DNA of 64,000 nt, taken from positions 672,001-736,000 of the forward strand of contig CBDCWI010000001.1 of NCBI GenBank assembly GCA_965223325.1, in the 5' to 3' direction. Position 1 is the stretch's first letter; the number at the start of each line of letters is the position of its first letter. Source of the DNA: Candidatus Multivoradales bacterium. Its GTDB lineage: Bacteria > Acidobacteriota > Thermoanaerobaculia > Multivoradales > Multivoraceae. Position numbers and translations under genes: made by a program. Under the pieces are notes generated by a model. The model was not told the origin of the DNA. It made no database searches and worked only from the letters and a program-made list of their open reading frames with translations. This document shows positions 30,726 to 41,400 of this stretch, in pieces.

Positions 30726-31771
30726 CGCATGATCGCACCGTGGGGGCTCGTTCGATCGCGCTCGAGGCCGTAGACCGGACCGAGCGGGCCACGCGCTTGG
30801 CCGAACAGCCCTTCGATTTCAGCCACCAGACCAGCGTCGATCGGCGCTTCGAGCGCTCTTCGGTTGGCGGCGAAGCGTTGCGGCTCTTGTTGCCCAACGA
30901 TCACCGCTCGAACGGCCTGGCGCTCGAGGACCGAACGAATCGCCAGGGTCGCCAGGTCGACTTCTGGGCACTCCTGGGCCAGCCGAACCGACGCCCGCCG
31001 CAGCCGTTCCTGAAAGCGCTCCCAGCCGCCGGCCTCTTCGATGATCAAGCGATACTTCACCAGCGAACGGTTCGCGAGGTCTCGGAAGCCCGGGTCAGGC
31101 TCTCCCTGCCAGCGCTCGGCGAGGAAGCCCCCGGCCAACACGCCATAGGGCAGGATGTGGATACCTGACTGCCGGCACAGAGCAGCCAAGCACAGAGCGG
31201 GACGCTGGTCCAGCAATGAGTACTGCACCTGAACGGTGGCGACGTCGAGGCCCGCGTCCAGGAGTTCCTGGAGGTGCGCCGCGTCGTAGTTGGTGACTCC
31301 CGCCAGCCGCACCTTGCCCGCTTGCCGTAGGTCGTTGAGCCAGCCGTAGGCCTCGACGTGCCCTGGAATCGCGAAATCCCACCAGTGAAGCTGGACCAGG
31401 TCGATGCGTTCCACCGCCAAGCGCCGGAGCGAGCGATCAACGATGCGCTCGACGTAGGCGCGATCGAGGGTCGGCAGTCGCGAAAGATCGGGAACCAGCT
31501 TGGTGTGGACCTGTAGAGCGTCGGGGTCTGGGCCGAGGCGGCGCCGCAGATGACCGAGCAGCTCTTCGACCCCCGTGTAGATGTCGGCGCAGTCGAAGGT
31601 CGTTGCCCCCTGATGGGCGAGCTTCTCGAGGGCACGCAGGCGTTCGGCACTGGTCGCCGGTCGAGGATCGCGCGCGTGTCCGGCAGACCACTGCCAGCCG
31701 CCGCAGATCAGCCGACAGATCGAGTAGCCGGACACCAGCTCAACCCGCAACGACAGAACTTCGGCGTTCAA
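30707..31771 (-). CDS. Aldo/keto reductase
   Basis: GGWQ, TFDCADIY, VHTK, DLVQLHWWD, GVTN, QVQYSLLD, YGVLAGG. TTGA overlap with the upstream gene. Confidence 0.88.
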   Translation of the reverse strand: MNAEVLSLRVELVSGYSICRLICGGWQWSAGHARDPRPATSAERLRALEKLAHQGATTFDCADIYTGVEELLGHLRRRLGPDPDALQVHTKLVPDLSRLPTLDRAYVERIVDRSLRRLAVERIDLVQLHWWDFAIPGHVEAYGWLNDLRQAGKVRLAGVTNYDAAHLQELLDAGLDVATVQVQYSLLDQRPALCLAALCRQSGIHILPYGVLAGGFLAERWQGEPDPGFRDLANRSLVKYRLIIEEAGGWERFQERLRRASVRLAQECPEVDLATLAIRSVLERQAVRAVIVGQQEPQRFAANRRALEAPIDAGLVAEIEGLFGQARGPLGPVYGLERDRTSPHGAIMRYELND

Positions 31772-32127
31772 TCGCCCCCCGGAGACGAAAGCGGCACGAC
31801 GGTCGTCTCGGCGTGGCTGAACGTGCGCTCGCCGACGCGTTCGACCTTGAACCGCGCGCCGCAGTTCGGATCAGGGCAGGCGATGAGCGCGTCGGTCGTC
31901 ATCCAGTCGTTGGCGTCTGTCAAGCGCTGTTTGGCCGGCAGGAGAGGCAGGAGCGCAGCCAACGCGTACATCGAAAAGGGCTGTTCAGCGGGAAAGCGCA
32001 GGTTCTCCCCTTCGACCAGAAACCAGTCACCCACCCGGTGCGAGCACACCATCGGCCGTTCCCCTTCGACGACCTCGACGCGCAGGTCGTAGAGCGTGAA
32101 GAGATCGCCAGGCTTCTCTGTGCTCAC
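31768..32127 (-). CDS. TIGR04076-family protein
   Basis: LYDLRVEVV, CSH.VGD.F, ACPDPNC..RFKVER. Confidence 0.75.
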   Translation of the reverse strand: MSTEKPGDLFTLYDLRVEVVEGERPMVCSHRVGDWFLVEGENLRFPAEQPFSMYALAALLPLLPAKQRLTDANDWMTTDALIACPDPNCGARFKVERVGERTFSHAETTVVPLSSPGGD

Positions 32128-33332
32128 GTCCGATCCCCGACAACGCCGCGGGCGCGCAGCGCGGCGATTTCGGTGCTCGAGAGCTCGAGCTCGGCCTCGA
32201 GGACGGCATCGGTGTGCTCGCCGAGACGCGGCGCAGCCTCGATCTCCACCTGGCTCTCTGACATTCGAAACGGTGACCCGAGGAGTCGCAGGGTTCCGAG
32301 CTCAGGATGTTCGAACGATGTGATGAAGCCGCGCTCCTCGAGATGGGGGTCGTTGAACAGATCGAGGCTGTCGAACACCGCACTCGCCGGTACACCTGCT
32401 TCGGCGAGGATTCGCATCGCAGAGTGCTTGTCGTGTTGGGCGGCGAACTCCGTCAACGCGGCGCGTAGCGGCTCGGCGTTCTCGAGGCGTTTCCTCGCGG
32501 TCTCGAAGCGCGGGTCATCTCTCCACTCGGGGTGGCCAATCGCAGCGCACAGATCCTGCCACATGCGTTCGGTCACCACCATGATGTAGACGTAGTCGTT
32601 GGTGCCGAAAGGTCGAGTGGGATAGAGATCGATCAGCGGGCCATACCCGGTGCCCATGCGTCGCGCCGCCTGGGTGCCGAACCGGGACCCCATCGCGATG
32701 GCGGTGCGCATGAAGTAGGTCATCGCCTCCTGCATCGAGATCTCGATGTGCTGTCCCTTCCCGGTGCGCAGCCGCTGCGCCCAGGCGGCGGTGATCGCGA
32801 GCGCCATCTGGACTCCGGTTCCCGAATCGCCGGTCGTCGGTCCGGGTCGCATGGGTGGGCCGTCTTCGAGGCCGGTCACCGACAGCGCACCGGCGGCGGC
32901 CTGAGCGACCGAGTCGAAGCACTTGTAGCGGGAGTAGGGTCCATCGGCGCCGAAACCGCGAATCGATGCGTAGATCACCTCGGGGTGGGCCCCGCGAACC
33001 TCTTCGTAGCCGAGGGCTAGTTTCTCGGTGACCCCCGGGCCGAAGTTCTCGACCAGAACGTCGAAGCGCGGCAGCATACGCAGCAAAAGGTCACGCCCTT
33101 CCGGTTGGTCGAGGGCGAGGGTGACGCTGCGCTTGTTGGCGTTCCAGTACAGAAAGTACTCCGAGTCCTCGAACTCGAAGTCTGCGGCGATGCTCCGTCC
33201 CGGGTCGCCTGTGCCCGGGCGCTCGATCTTCACCACGTCGGCGCCGAGCCAGGCGAGGGCCTGGGTGCAGGCTGTGCCTGATTCGTACTGCGTCAGATCG
33301 AGGATTCGGAGGCCATCCAGAGCGGCGGGCAT
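32124..33332 (-). CDS. Family III CoA-transferase (formyl-CoA transferase/CaiB-like)
   Basis: LDGLRILDLT, GADVVKIERP, NKRSVTL, ENFGPG, catalytic GDSGTG, APRLGEHT. Start approximate. Confidence 0.9.
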   Translation of the reverse strand: MPAALDGLRILDLTQYESGTACTQALAWLGADVVKIERPGTGDPGRSIAADFEFEDSEYFLYWNANKRSVTLALDQPEGRDLLLRMLPRFDVLVENFGPGVTEKLALGYEEVRGAHPEVIYASIRGFGADGPYSRYKCFDSVAQAAAGALSVTGLEDGPPMRPGPTTGDSGTGVQMALAITAAWAQRLRTGKGQHIEISMQEAMTYFMRTAIAMGSRFGTQAARRMGTGYGPLIDLYPTRPFGTNDYVYIMVVTERMWQDLCAAIGHPEWRDDPRFETARKRLENAEPLRAALTEFAAQHDKHSAMRILAEAGVPASAVFDSLDLFNDPHLEERGFITSFEHPELGTLRLLGSPFRMSESQVEIEAAPRLGEHTDAVLEAELELSSTEIAALRARGVVGDRT

Positions 33333-33398
33333 GAGCGGCAGCGTACCGTAAACCATGCCGCGCGCCGGCTCGCTGCGCAGTGACATGATCACCTCCTC

Positions 33399-34775
33399 AT
33401 GCCCTCCCCGCACCTCAGGTTCTACGGTGGCGCCGCCGGCGCTCTCCTGCCGATCTTCGTTTTTCTGGCTGGCGTTGCCTGGCTGGCGCTCGGCGGAGCG
33501 CCCGATGAACGCGGCTTCTGGCCAGTGCTCGTCGCCGCGCTCGGCTGTGGCCTCATCCTGGCGCGCGACCGCGCCGCCTGGTGTGAGGTCGTGCTTGCCG
33601 GCATGAGCCAGAGGCTGGTCGCGCTGATGATTCTGGCGTGGCTCCTGGCGGGAATCCTGGCCGAGCTCCTGGCCGCCAGTGGGCTCGTCGACGCGCTGGT
33701 GGCGGTCGCCGACCGCGCCCATCTCGGAGGCGGAGGGTTCGTGCTCGCCGCGTTTCTGGCCAGTTCGGTGCTCTCTACCGCCATCGGCACGAGTCTCGGC
33801 ACCCTCATCCTGACCGTTCCGCTGCTCTACCCCGCCGGCACGGCGCTCGGCGGCGAGCCTGTGATGCTCGCGGGAGCCCTCCTGGCCGGTGCGACGTTCG
33901 GCGACAATATTTCGCCGGTCTCGGACACGACGATTGCCTCGGCGTCGACCCAGGGAGCCGAAATGGGACAGGTGGTACGCACCCGCCTGCGCTACGCGCT
34001 ACCCGCAGCCGCGATCGCCGCCCTGGTCTATGGCTTTGCCGGCGGCGCCGCGCAGAGTTCCTCGTTCTACGACGAAGCGCTCTTGCCCGCCCTCGAGCCG
34101 AGCGCACTTTTGATGCTGCTCGTCCCCGCCTTGATCGTCGGGCTCCTGTTGCTTGGTCGCCATCTCGTCGAAGGCCTCCTTCTCGGCACGCTCGCTGCTG
34201 CTCTCCTCGGAATCGCTCTCGGTCGTTTCGGCCGGACAGAACTCATCTTTCTCGACCGCGACAACTTCATTGCCCGCGGGCTCTTGTCTGCCGGTCTCGA
34301 ACGCGGCGTTGGCATTTCGATCTTCACCCTGCTTCTCATGGGACTGGTCGCCACGCTCACCGCAACGGACTTCGCGGACAAGCTTTTTGCCGCCACAGAG
34401 GAGCGGGCGAACAGCCCGCGCAGTGCGGAAGGCTGGATCGCCGTGGTGACCTCAATCGTCGTCCTCCTTACGACCCACGCCGCCGTCACCCTGTTGGCCG
34501 TCGGTCCCTTCGCGCGTCGGATCGGCGAAGCGCAGGCGGTGGTTGCCACCCGGCGAGCCAACCTGCTCGACCTGGTGGTTTCGATCTGGCCGTTCCTCCT
34601 GCCCTGGTTCATCCCCACCATCCTGGCGGCCGGATTGACGGCCGGAACGTCCGCTGCGCCGCGGCTCGGCGCGCTCGAGATCGGTCTCCACAACGTGCAC
34701 TCGTGGGCCCTCCTGGCCATTCTTCTAGTGGCGATCACGACCGGTTGGGGAAGAGGGGCTCGACAGACCGGCTGA
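33399..34775 (+). CDS. NhaC-family (Na+/H+ antiporter-like) transporter
   Basis: GTSLGT and GATFGDNISPVSDTTIASA motifs; more than 10 TMs. Confidence 0.85.
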   Translation: MPSPHLRFYGGAAGALLPIFVFLAGVAWLALGGAPDERGFWPVLVAALGCGLILARDRAAWCEVVLAGMSQRLVALMILAWLLAGILAELLAASGLVDALVAVADRAHLGGGGFVLAAFLASSVLSTAIGTSLGTLILTVPLLYPAGTALGGEPVMLAGALLAGATFGDNISPVSDTTIASASTQGAEMGQVVRTRLRYALPAAAIAALVYGFAGGAAQSSSFYDEALLPALEPSALLMLLVPALIVGLLLLGRHLVEGLLLGTLAAALLGIALGRFGRTELIFLDRDNFIARGLLSAGLERGVGISIFTLLLMGLVATLTATDFADKLFAATEERANSPRSAEGWIAVVTSIVVLLTTHAAVTLLAVGPFARRIGEAQAVVATRRANLLDLVVSIWPFLLPWFIPTILAAGLTAGTSAAPRLGALEIGLHNVHSWALLAILLVAITTGWGRGARQTG

Positions 34776-34898
34776 GGGCGTGAAACAAGTGGGGACCTGG
34801 CCACCGTAGGCGACGATAGAATGGAGGGCGGACCTCAGAATCAGACCCCAGGTGAAGTGGACTGCGAAGTGAAACTACCTTCCGCCTGCTGATCGCTC

Positions 34899-35696
34899 AT
34901 GCACGAAGACCGGACATTTCCCGCCATCGACATCCCCAGGATCGAGATCCATCCCATCCAGGCGCTACGGGAGGCTGCCGCACTCCTGGGCAAGCAGTAC
35001 TGGCTCTTTGTGCTGATTTGCTTCCTGGGCATGCTGATCGGCGGCGTGGTCCCGTTCGGCATTCTCATGGGGCCCATGATGGCCGGCATCTTTTTGTGCT
35101 TCATCAGGCGCGAAGAAGGCGAGCCGGTCACGATCGACCTTCTCTTTCGCGGCTTCGACTTCTTCGTCGAGTCTCTGATCGCGACCCTCTTGACGATGGC
35201 GGCGACGCTGGTCGGAGCACTCCCTCTAATGATCGCGGGGATGGTCATGTTCGCCGGCATCGCAGCGACCTCGGTCGGCGCTGCCACCAGCGGTTCGGAT
35301 GCCGCGGCAGCGACGGTGGTCACCAGTGGGGTTGGTGCGACAACCGTTGCGGTTGCCTGCCTGATCGCCTTTTCGGTGCTGATCATGTTCGCCGTGGTTT
35401 GCCTTTTGACCTTCACCATCCCGCTTGTCGTCGACCAGCGCATGAAGGCCTTCGATGCGGTCTTGACCAGCTACGAAGCGGTGCGCATCAACTTCGGGGG
35501 CGTGTTCCTGCTGACGATCTTCCTCGGCGTCATCAATATCGTCGCGACTCTGTTCTGCTACGTCCCCTCGCTGCTGGTCATGCCGCTCAGCCTCGGGGCA
35601 ATCTTCGTTGTCTACCGACGGCTCTTCCCGGACAGCCAGTTGACATTCGACGATGAGGGCATGCCCGTTCGACCCGGGGTCGGCGTGCCGGCCTAG
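34899..35696 (+). CDS. Hypothetical integral membrane protein
   Basis: Several TMs; GPMMAG, DLLFRGF and PLVVDQ..AFDAV..S pattern. Confidence 0.75.
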   Translation: MHEDRTFPAIDIPRIEIHPIQALREAAALLGKQYWLFVLICFLGMLIGGVVPFGILMGPMMAGIFLCFIRREEGEPVTIDLLFRGFDFFVESLIATLLTMAATLVGALPLMIAGMVMFAGIAATSVGAATSGSDAAAATVVTSGVGATTVAVACLIAFSVLIMFAVVCLLTFTIPLVVDQRMKAFDAVLTSYEAVRINFGGVFLLTIFLGVINIVATLFCYVPSLLVMPLSLGAIFVVYRRLFPDSQLTFDDEGMPVRPGVGVPA

Positions 35697-35712
35697 CGCT
35701 TCCGAGGTCGCC

Positions 35713-38277
35713 CTAGGGTGACTCCCAGACCCCGCAACTCTCGCCACTACCGATGGGCGAACCGTCGGGCGCTATGGGCGGCGGCGGTAGCTCGAATGCG
35801 AGCGGATCGTTAAAGAAGCGCTCGAGGGTCCAGGCTGCGGCCGATCGGTGCGCGCCCTCTTCGGCCGAGGGGCGCTCGCTCTTGAGCCGTTCGGCGAGTG
35901 CGGTCAATTCGTCGTAGGCGATGGCACGAGCCTCGGCCGAGGCACGGTCCGAAACCGCCAGGTTCATCAGATGACGCAGGGCCACCGCGTCGACCACCCG
36001 GCCAACGGCACCTTCGAGGCCGTCACCGTGATTGCCGTCCCAGGTTACCAGGAGCAACGCATCGATCACCTCGGTAAGGTCCGGCTGGTTCTCGTCGCGG
36101 GCGTTCTGGACCACCAGGCGAGAAGCCCTCTCGGGGTGGAGAAGCAACCCGACGGTCATCTCGGCCGCCACCTCGGCGGCGGCAAGAGGATCGAAGGTCA
36201 CCCCGGTTCTGGTAGGCAGGTGCTCGCGCCCCCGACCGAGACCCGCGGCCGGCGGCGGTATCGAGGCCAACACACTCTCGGGCAAAGCCAGCCTATCCGG
36301 AGCGATGGTCGCTAAGACAGAATCGAGGGCGCGCCGTTGCACCGCAGGCTCGAGAGCCGCCGTCGGAACCTGGCCGTCGCCGCGCACGGCGTAGGTGTAG
36401 TCGAGCCCGCCCACCATCTTGGTTGCCGCCTCAACCTGGTAACGGTGGAAAAGGTAGAGCGGAGTCAACACGGCGTCGAGGTTCGAGAGCGGAACACCGT
36501 TTCTGATGTTGCGCTCCCCAAACCGCGACAGCGCCAACTCGCGCACCGCCATCATGCGCTCGAGCTCTTCGGCCGCGTCGGTGCCGTTGTCCCACAGGTG
36601 GGCCCGCGGATGGGCGCCGCCCAGCGGGCGGGCATCCTGGTCGGAGAGAAACGACCAGCCGTTCTCGCGCGTTTCAGCGAGGAGCTGCTCGAGGGCGGCT
36701 TGCTCATCGGTTCCCGGCGGAAAGACTTCATAGCCGTAGCGAACCGCATAGGCGTCCCACTCGCCGATGCCGGTGTCGTAGGCGGCGGCGGCGGAGATCT
36801 CGCCGTTGTCGTCAATCTCGAACAAAGGGTGTGGATAGTCCATCACCGAGGCGCGCCCATCGACGCTCGAGGTGTAGTTGTGCACCAGGCCAATCGTGTG
36901 ACCGACCTCGTGCGCCGAGAGCTGGCGCAGTCTCGCGAGCGCCAGCTCCTCTATGGCGGACGGCACCGTCTCTCCGTCCTCGTAGGGAGCCAGAAGTGCC
37001 TCGGCAATCAGATAGTCCTGGCGCACCCGCAGCGATCCGAGAGTCACTTTGCCCTTTAGAATCTCGCCGGTGCGCGGGTCGACTACCGCGCCGCCGTAAG
37101 ACCACCCACGGGTCGAACGATGCACCCACTGGATGAGGTTGTACTGGAGATCGAGCGGGTTCGCGTCTTCGGGCAACATCTTGACGATGAACCCATTCTC
37201 GAAGCCGGCGGCTTCGAACGCCTGGTTCCACCACCGCGCTCCGTCAAGCAGCGCCGAACGAATCGGCTCTGGAGTTCCCGGATCGAGCCAGTACACGATC
37301 GGCTCGACCGGCTCGGAGACCGCGGCGCCCGGGTCCTTCTTCTCGAGACGATGGCGAATGACGTAGCGCTGCTCGATCGGCTGTGAGATCGGCGTCGCGT
37401 AGTCGAAGAACGACTGCGAGATGTAGCCGGAGCGCGGGTCCCACACCCGCGGCTGGTAGCCGTCGTCGGGCAGCTCGACGAACGAGTGGTGCTGACGCAC
37501 CGTGACACTGGTCGGGTCGGGAGCGACCGAGCGCAGCCAGCGGCCCTCTCCGCTACCGGTGAAGGTGAGCGTCGCTTCGAGCTCGGTGTTCTTCGCGAAA
37601 CTACCGGTGTACTCGAGGTAGGGCGCCGAGCGACTGGCGTCGAGGCTGTACTTACCCTCTCCGGTGGCATCGAGAGTGGCTGCTACGCCATGCGCGTCGC
37701 GCAGAAGAAACGGAGTGACATCGAAGAGCACTTTGCCGTCTTTCTCCCCGACGACTTCGAAGCCAAAGAGCACCGACTCAGCAAAGGCCTCGCGCACCGC
37801 CCGGCGCTCGGCGGCGCTGTCCGAGTTGGCGCGATAGCGCGTATTGCGCTCGACCAGCAGAACTCGATTGCCCACCCGTCGTAGATCGACCAACCGTGAT
37901 CCGCCGAGCTGGCCGCGGTCGAGGCCAATGTCGTTCGAGCCGACGCCGGCAGAGAGACCGCTGACGTAGAGGAACTCTTCGTCGAACAGGTCCGTGGCGA
38001 GAAGCACCTTGCCCTTTCGCTCGTCCCAGTAGAGATCGAAGAAGCCCGGCCAGTGCTCGCTGCCCTCGGTCGCTTCGGCGAAGGCTCGGCTGGCCTGACG
38101 GGAAGGCTCGCCTTCCGCCACACTGTCGGTAGCGAGAGCCTCAGTCGGAGGGCTTTCTTGGGTCGCACTGGTTGTGCCCAGCGAGGCGCAGCCCAGAGTT
38201 GCCAGGAGAAGAGTCGCCAGGAGGAGAAAGAGCAGGGAGACATCGAGCAGACGGGTGGCAGAATGGTTCAGAGCCAT
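35713..38277 (-). CDS. Zinc-dependent metalloprotease lipoprotein (DUF5117/DUF4953 type)
   Basis: Lipobox TLGC; DPRTGEILKG; HEVGHTIGLVHN; Met-turn SVMDYP. Confidence 0.9.
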   Translation of the reverse strand: MALNHSATRLLDVSLLFLLLATLLLATLGCASLGTTSATQESPPTEALATDSVAEGEPSRQASRAFAEATEGSEHWPGFFDLYWDERKGKVLLATDLFDEEFLYVSGLSAGVGSNDIGLDRGQLGGSRLVDLRRVGNRVLLVERNTRYRANSDSAAERRAVREAFAESVLFGFEVVGEKDGKVLFDVTPFLLRDAHGVAATLDATGEGKYSLDASRSAPYLEYTGSFAKNTELEATLTFTGSGEGRWLRSVAPDPTSVTVRQHHSFVELPDDGYQPRVWDPRSGYISQSFFDYATPISQPIEQRYVIRHRLEKKDPGAAVSEPVEPIVYWLDPGTPEPIRSALLDGARWWNQAFEAAGFENGFIVKMLPEDANPLDLQYNLIQWVHRSTRGWSYGGAVVDPRTGEILKGKVTLGSLRVRQDYLIAEALLAPYEDGETVPSAIEELALARLRQLSAHEVGHTIGLVHNYTSSVDGRASVMDYPHPLFEIDDNGEISAAAAYDTGIGEWDAYAVRYGYEVFPPGTDEQAALEQLLAETRENGWSFLSDQDARPLGGAHPRAHLWDNGTDAAEELERMMAVRELALSRFGERNIRNGVPLSNLDAVLTPLYLFHRYQVEAATKMVGGLDYTYAVRGDGQVPTAALEPAVQRRALDSVLATIAPDRLALPESVLASIPPPAAGLGRGREHLPTRTGVTFDPLAAAEVAAEMTVGLLLHPERASRLVVQNARDENQPDLTEVIDALLLVTWDGNHGDGLEGAVGRVVDAVALRHLMNLAVSDRASAEARAIAYDELTALAERLKSERPSAEEGAHRSAAAWTLERFFNDPLAFELPPPPIAPDGSPIGSGESCGVWESP

Positions 38278-38468
38278 GACCAAAGACCTCGTTAGGGACC
38301 GGCGGGCCCCGCTGTTGAAGGCCGCGCCAGGCGGCGCGGCAATCGCGGCCGTTTAAAAGGACGCGAACCCCCATTCGGGGGCTCTTAGGAAAAGGACGTT
38401 CAAGTTCAGATTGCGGCCATCTTAGTCCGAGCCCTCGCGCACGCTCCAGCGTTCGACCGCTCCCCCGC

Positions 38469-41400
38469 TCAGGCTCCGCTGCTCGCGGCACCACCGTGGC
38501 GCGCAACGATTTCGAGCCACTCCCCGCCCCACCGGTCGGCTTTGGTCGGCCCAATGCCAGGAATGCGGAGGAGGGCGTCCGGGTGGCTGGGCTGAGCCGC
38601 CGCCAGCGCAACGAGGCTTTTGTCGTGCAGGATGGTAAAGGCCGGGACCTTGCGCCGGCGAGCCTCTGCCAACCGCCACTCGCGCAGGGCGTCGACCAGC
38701 GCCTCTGGTGCGTCTGCACCAACCAGAGCGAGCTTCTTGCCGGCACCTTTCGCCCGCGAGCGGCGCCTGCCTCCCGAGCGGCGGCTCTTCTTGGCGGTCT
38801 CATCGGGAAAGGCGTCCTCGGGAAGGCGAATGGCTGCCAGGACGGCATCGAGGCCGGCTGCGCCTGAGTCCGCCGCAAAGGCGTCGTTCCCCCCTCGCCG
38901 GCTGCTCCAGAGACGCTTGATCCGCGACCCGAGGCGGGCGCGCTTGTACTCGATCTTGCGCCCGTCTTTTTCGAACGAGTCGACATCGACCAGGACCAGA
39001 CCGGCGCGCGCGAGACCACCCAGGAGGTCCTCGAAGTCGCCGCGATCAGTCGTGGCGTGGATGCCGTGGACGTCTTTGAACAGACGCCCGGTGCCCTGAC
39101 CGCGGCGCGCCTTCTCGAGCTCCACAAGAATGGTCTTCATCACCTGGACCTCGTCACTGTGCGGAGCACGTGACCCCAGGGCCAGTGCCTCGTCTGGGGC
39201 ACAAACGTCACACTGCCCGCAGGCGCGACCGTCGTCTTCCTGGTCGCCAAAGTGACGCACCAGCGACAGCATTCTGCAGGCATGCCCCTGTGCGAAGCGA
39301 CACATGTCCTCGAGCTGAGCGGTGCGATGGTCGCGTTGCGCAACGTAGGGTTGCCACCAGTTCTGGTGGCCCTGGCGGAGGTTCTCCTCGGGATCGACCA
39401 GCGCGCCGCCGTGGATCCACAGCTTCTCGACCGACGGTCGCATGACCTCGTCGTCGAGGTCGAGCATCGCCCCTACTTCGTCGATCGTGCGCGGGTCTTT
39501 CCCGAGCGCACGCCAGATCTGAGCCAGCACTTTCGGGTGCGGGTAGTCGCGGCCGTGGAAGAACTCGTGCGTGCGGCGGTCGGCCCACGACCAGAGCAGG
39601 AAGGCGCGGGAGCTCCGACCGTCGCGCCCGGCCCTGCCGATCTCCTGGTAGTAGCCCTCGAGGGTGCCGGGCAGGGCGGTATGAACGACCGAGCGCACAT
39701 TGTGCTTGTCGATTCCCATGCCGAAGGCGATCGTGGCGACCACTACATCGACGTCTCCTTCGAGGAAGCGCTTCTGTACCTCGTCGCGACGCGCCGAGGG
39801 CAACCCCGCGTGGTAGGCCTCGGCACCGAACTCGCCCTCGAGAACCGACGCGATGTTCTCGGACTCCTTGCGGGTCGGAGCGTAGACAATCGCCGGCCGG
39901 CGTTCCGAGGCCGCCAAGAGGCGGGCGACCACTGCTGCCCGCGCCCCCGGACGGATTTCTGCCACCTCGATGGCAATGTTGTCGCGCCGGAAACCATGGA
40001 TGTGAAGGGCAGGCTTCAGGAGGCCCAGCTGCTCGGCAATGTCGCGCTGAACCCGCGGGGTCGCAGTCGCAGTAAGCGCGATCACTGGCGCCGGGCGAAG
40101 CGCCGGCAGCCGTTCTCCGAGCAGGCGATAGTCCGGCCGGAAGTCATGCCCCCACTGCGAGATGCAGTGCGCCTCGTCAATGGCGACGAGACCGGGCGGC
40201 TGAAGAGCCAGGAGCTCAGCGAAGCGTTCGATTCCCAGGCGCTCGGGTGCGACGTAGAGAAAGTCGAGCTCACCGTTCTGCCACGCGCGAGCCGCCGCCC
40301 TCGACTCCTCGAAGGGGCGTCCCGAGTGAATGCGCTCGGCGGAGAAACCGTCTTGCTGAAGCTTGATGACTTGATCTTCCATGAGCGCAATCAGCGGTGA
40401 AACCACCAGGGTCGAGCCGCCCCTGGCGATACCGGGCAGTTGGTAGCACAGTGACTTGCCGGCGCCGGTCGGCATCACCAGCAAAACATCGCGGCCAGCG
40501 ACCACCGCCTCGCAGACGCGTTCCTGGAAGGGCCGAAAGTCGTCGAAGCCAAAGCGCTCAGCGAGTACCAGCTTGATTTCGAGGGGTGCGCCGGCCCTGG
40601 CCCGGGTACGCGCCCGCTTGCGGGCCGGCGGTTTCGCCGGCGCCTCTTCGTCCGGCGACGCCTGCTGGAGAAAGGTCTCGCTTGGCGACGTTCGAGCTGG
40701 CGATGCGCCAGGGGCTGCCACTGGCGCGCGACTCGGGCCAGGTGACGATTCCGGTACCCCGCCCGGCGCAGGAGACGCCGCGGCCCAGTCTTCACCTTCG
40801 AAGAGATTGAGGGTGCCTGGTTCTTCTGGTGGCTGGTCTTCTGCAGCCGGCGCGGTCGCATTCCCCGCCGCTTCGCCGAAAGTTCTACCGACCGCCTCGC
40901 GCACGAAATCCTCGATGCCCTGCCAGAAGACGGATAGTTCACCTTCGCCGCGCTCGATCGCCTTGAGCTGCGCTTCCCACTCACCGGTCAGGGCAGGGCT
41001 CTTGACCATCGGGTGGACGCGCGCAATAAGGTCGATTCCTTTCTCGGTCGCAGCGAGTGCCTTCTTTAGTCGTTCGATATAGCCGCGGCGCAGCAAACCC
41101 TCGATGGTCTCGGCGCGAGTCGCCGGAGTCCCGAGACCACGATCCCGCATCGCCTCCTCTAGCTCCCGTTCGTCGAGGGTCTTGCCGGCAGTTTCCATTG
41201 CGGTCAAGAGGGTGGCCTCGGTGAACCTCCTGGGAGGTCGGGTCTCTTTCTTCTGACTCTCGAGGAGAGCGCAACGGCCCGGGAAGCCCTCTTTGAGCTC
41301 GGCAGGCAGCTGGCTCTCCTCCTTGGACGCTTTGGAGGACTTCTTCTTGCGGCCTCTGCCGCGCGGCAGCTCGAGGTCGAGCACCTTCCAACCTGGATCG

